Positions 61,621 through 64,000 of a stretch of DNA of 64,000 bases are shown piece by piece (positions within the stretch are counted from its first letter, which is position 1; the number at the start of each line of letters is the position of its first letter). The notes beneath the pieces were generated by a model. It saw only the letters and a list, made by a program, of their open reading frames with translations. It was not told where the DNA came from and did no database searches. The position numbers and the translations under genes were made by a program. This DNA is from Candidatus Omnitrophota bacterium (GTDB lineage Bacteria; Omnitrophota; Gorgyraeia; Zapsychrales; Zapsychraceae): the NCBI GenBank assembly GCA_035292445.1, contig DATDQB010000023.1, positions 153,533-217,532 of the forward strand. Direction: 5' to 3'.

Positions 61621-62019
61621 GTGGTCCAGCGCGTTCGTCAGAAAATCCTAAAAGCATTGCTTCTTATACCCGTCCTTTTTAACTTATCGGGCTGTGTCTA
61701 CCTTGTCGTTGGCGGCGTCGGGGCCTTGGGCGGCTATATCGTCAGCCCTGATACGGTCGAAGGGATCAGCGAAAATGACACCCAGACCGTCTGGGATGCC
61801 TCCGTCGATGTGATCGCGATCATGGGGGTTATCCAGGAGCAGCAGCAAGAAGCGGGCTTCATTAAAGCCCAAATCTCAAGAGCCCAGGTGACGATCACCA
61901 TCATTTCCATTAACGACACGACGACTAAGATAAGCATCAAAGCCCGAAAGGCGTTCCTGCCTAAAATATCGCTTGCCCAGGATATTTACGTGAAGATCAT
62001 GAGTTACTTGAATGGATAA
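61621..62019 (+). CDS. DUF3568-like lipoprotein
   Basis: Lipobox LSGC, 'GGVGALGGY', C-terminal beta strands 'TKISIKAR'. Confidence 0.65.
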   Translation: MVQRVRQKILKALLLIPVLFNLSGCVYLVVGGVGALGGYIVSPDTVEGISENDTQTVWDASVDVIAIMGVIQEQQQEAGFIKAQISRAQVTITIISINDTTTKISIKARKAFLPKISLAQDIYVKIMSYLNG

Positions 62020-62057
62020 TTTCCTCGTCATTGTTCAATTTTCCGCAAATAGATATA

Positions 62058-62086
62058 TTGACTTTTTTATAGGCGTTGGTTAAAAT
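62058..62086 (+). promoter_or_regulatory. sigma70 promoter of the tRNA transcript
   Basis: TTGACT-N17-TAAAAT followed by a GC-rich discriminator GCGCAC. Confidence 0.75.
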
Positions 62087-62095
62087 GCGCACTAT

Positions 62096-62189
62096 GCCGA
62101 GGTAGCTCAGCCCCGACGCTCACTAACGTTCGGTCGGGGTCCCGACCGAGACCGCCTTTGGCGGATGAGCGTCGGGATTGGTAGAGCAG
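62096..62189 (+). pseudogene. Duplicated tRNA 5' half with a 67-nt palindromic insert in the D-loop
   Basis: GCCGAGGTAGCTCAG-[62111-62177]-TTGGTAGAGCAG; no anticodon or T arm follows. Confidence 0.75.
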
Positions 62190-62215
62190 TACGACATTCT
62201 AAAAGTTTTTTTAAT

Positions 62216-62291
62216 GCCGAGGTAGCTCAGTCGGTAGAGCAGAGGCCTGAAAAGCCTTGTGTCGCCAGTTCAATTCTGGCCCTCGGCACCA
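62216..62291 (+). tRNA. tRNA-Phe(GAA)
   Basis: Cloverleaf: acceptor GCCGAGG/CCTCGGC, anticodon loop CTGAAAA, T-loop TTCAATT, encoded CCA. Confidence 0.96.
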
Positions 62292-62325
62292 CTTTTCCTC
62301 TTTTTTCTGTTAAGATGATATGGAT

Positions 62326-62398
62326 GCCGACGTAGCTCAGCTGGTAGAGCAACGGTTTCGTAAATCGTGGGCCACCGGTTCGATCCCGGTCGTCGGCT
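62326..62398 (+). tRNA. tRNA-Thr(CGT)
   Basis: Acceptor GCCGACG/CGTCGGC, anticodon loop TTCGTAA, T-loop TTCGATC; CCA not encoded. Confidence 0.95.
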
Positions 62399-62407
62399 TC
62401 TTAACTC

Positions 62408-63241
62408 ATGTCCTCCTATGAAAAGAAAATCCCGATGAATCAAAACCCCGCATCTTCCCATGATTCCTGGGTCGCGCAACAGGCGGCCAAGATCGTTTCC
62501 GAGGATGAAAAGATCACGCTGATCCATACGCCCTCCTCCCAGAGATTATCCGATATTTTTAGGTTGGTCCGTATCCTTTCACGCGCTTTTTTGCGTTATC
62601 CGCGCGCCTGCGTCAAAGCGCTTCTTTATTCTTTGGATATCAAAGCCTTGGATGATCGATCCGCGGACTACGAACCCAAAGACGCTTCTTTAAAAAAGAT
62701 CTTCGGCCTTTTCAAGGATGGGTCTCTCCCTTTGAAAGGGGATCTGGTCTTGGCCAACGAAGAGCGCTGGAATGATTATTTGATCATGGCCCATCTTTTT
62801 GCGTTGCGCCTCAAAGAGCAATTGGCCGATGAAGAAGATATTATCACCAAGGCGCGCTGGGGCCTGGCGCACGGCGTGTATAACGCGATCGTGCACGGGG
62901 ACCCTTCTTGTCCCATACGGGTGCACTGGCAGATCCTGCCTGAAGAGTTTCGCCTGCAGATAGCCAATACCAAGAACGAAGAGAGGATGAAGCCCCATAA
63001 CGTCAGCTTCAACGGCATCCCCATCAGCGGCGTGGGAGGGTCGCTGGTCATCATGCGCATTTTGTTCGATTATTTCAATTTATCCGAAGTGATCAATGCC
63101 AAACAGGAAGAGGAGATCAGGCTCACCCTCATCCACCGGCGCAGCAGAAAAAGGGCCTCGTTGCGCTACACGATGGCCGTGCGCATCGCCCACGCCCGCG
63201 ACACTATCCAGTTGGAAAGAATATGGCGCAAGAAACGTTAA
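62408..63241 (+). CDS. Hypothetical protein with degenerate anti-sigma (RsbW-like) HATPase domain
   Basis: 'VYNAIVHGD' N-box and 'GVGGSLVIMRILFD' G-box-like segment. Confidence 0.5.
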   Translation: MSSYEKKIPMNQNPASSHDSWVAQQAAKIVSEDEKITLIHTPSSQRLSDIFRLVRILSRAFLRYPRACVKALLYSLDIKALDDRSADYEPKDASLKKIFGLFKDGSLPLKGDLVLANEERWNDYLIMAHLFALRLKEQLADEEDIITKARWGLAHGVYNAIVHGDPSCPIRVHWQILPEEFRLQIANTKNEERMKPHNVSFNGIPISGVGGSLVIMRILFDYFNLSEVINAKQEEEIRLTLIHRRSRKRASLRYTMAVRIAHARDTIQLERIWRKKR

Positions 63242-64000
63242 AACCTCTGATGCTTCGTTTGTCCCAAAACAAAGCCCAGTCGATGCTGGCATCACTGGTT
63301 ATCATTGTTCTTCTGGGTTTTTTTGCTTACTCTTTCATGGTCACGGACTCTTTCAAGACCATGGATGACAAGGCCTCCATCGTCAATAACGACCTCATCA
63401 AAGATATAGCAAACCTAAAGGATGCCTTTAAGACGTCGTATTTCGGGGATAAGTCGTATTGGCGGCCGCTTGTTTTTGTCAGCTACATGATCGAATATCA
63501 TTTGTTCGGGCTTAATCCTTTTTATTATTATTTGATAAACCTCGCGTTTCATCTGTGTTCCGGCATTCTTATTTTTTTCCTTATAAAATTGTTCTATGAG
63601 GAGCGATGGACGCCGTTTTTTGTTTCCCTTTTATTCACGACTCACCCCGTTCACTGGGAAGCGGTCTCCAATATTCCAGGGCGTGCCATTCTTTTGAGCG
63701 CGTTCTTTTATTTTTTTTCCTTTTACCTGTTTTGTTTGTCCCGCCGGAAGAAAGGACAAGCGTGGATCCTTATATTGTCGTTGATTGCTTTTATCGGGTC
63801 TTTGTTGAGCAAAGAATCCGGCATCATGCTTCCCGTCCTTATTTTGGCGTATCTTTGGTTCTTTGAACGAAGGCCGGGAAAATTGAGTTATTTTTCCCCC
63901 AGCGTTCCCTATTTTTTTATTTTAGCGGGTTATCTTCTGGTGCGGCGCATGTTGGGGATGGTCAGCCTCTTTTATACCATGACATGGGAGAATTCTTTTT
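63223..64000 (+). CDS. TMTC-like GT-C membrane glycosyltransferase, 3' partial (missed by the ORF track)
   Basis: Manual translation: 'FKTMDDKASIVNN', 'YWRPL', 'NLAFH', 'HPVHWEAV...GR', 'KESGIMLP'. Confidence 0.8.
   Translation, partial: MAQETLKPLMLRLSQNKAQSMLASLVIIVLLGFFAYSFMVTDSFKTMDDKASIVNNDLIKDIANLKDAFKTSYFGDKSYWRPLVFVSYMIEYHLFGLNPFYYYLINLAFHLCSGILIFFLIKLFYEERWTPFFVSLLFTTHPVHWEAVSNIPGRAILLSAFFYFFSFYLFCLSRRKKGQAWILILSLIAFIGSLLSKESGIMLPVLILAYLWFFERRPGKLSYFSPSVPYFFILAGYLLVRRMLGMVSLFYTMTWENSF

Noticed and set aside
62096-62110. attL/attR of an integrated element at tRNA-Phe
   Set aside because: The duplicated part is the 5' end only 120 bp upstream, with no integrase or cargo between the copies

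Overview
A 64-kb, gene-dense bacterial chromosomal segment of about 45-50% GC (estimated by eye), mostly on the + strand. It is probably from the PVC superphylum, Ca. Omnitrophota-like; this is an inference from the TMTC-like TPR membrane proteins, PilZ/PilT genes and the repeat style. Most of it is housekeeping: era, nnrE, nth, purH, folC, mnmE, mnmG, cysK, thiSGH, leuS, comEA/EC, bamD-lptE-holA, rpsT, murJ, uvrC, prfB (programmed +1 frameshift), secA, lnt, a lipid A acyltransferase, a membrane pyrophosphatase, tRNA-Phe and tRNA-Thr. Two small ORFs missed by the ORF track are rpsU and a 26-aa bL37-like ribosomal peptide. The main points of interest are: (1) a 12.5-kb putative beta-1,3-glucan locus with a laminaribiose-phosphorylase-like GH94, an ABC importer, a clan GH-A hydrolase, a thrice-repeated Trp-rich 'WDPxGWxW' helical module, a CBM-like lipoprotein, a coiled-coil protein and LacI; (2) several families of small palindromic elements, including in-frame insertions in leuS and holA, one in the D-loop of a duplicated tRNA-Phe 5' half, and four heptamer-repeat hairpins filling gene junctions; (3) a PilT/PilU paralogue with a Walker-B Glu->Asn change; (4) an ATP-grasp + lysine 2,3-aminomutase pair next to a P-II protein lacking most of its T-loop; (5) two PIN toxin-antitoxin pairs bracketing comEA-comEC. 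No CRISPR array, rRNA, integrase or transposase was seen. All assignments come from motif recognition by eye; no database search was run.
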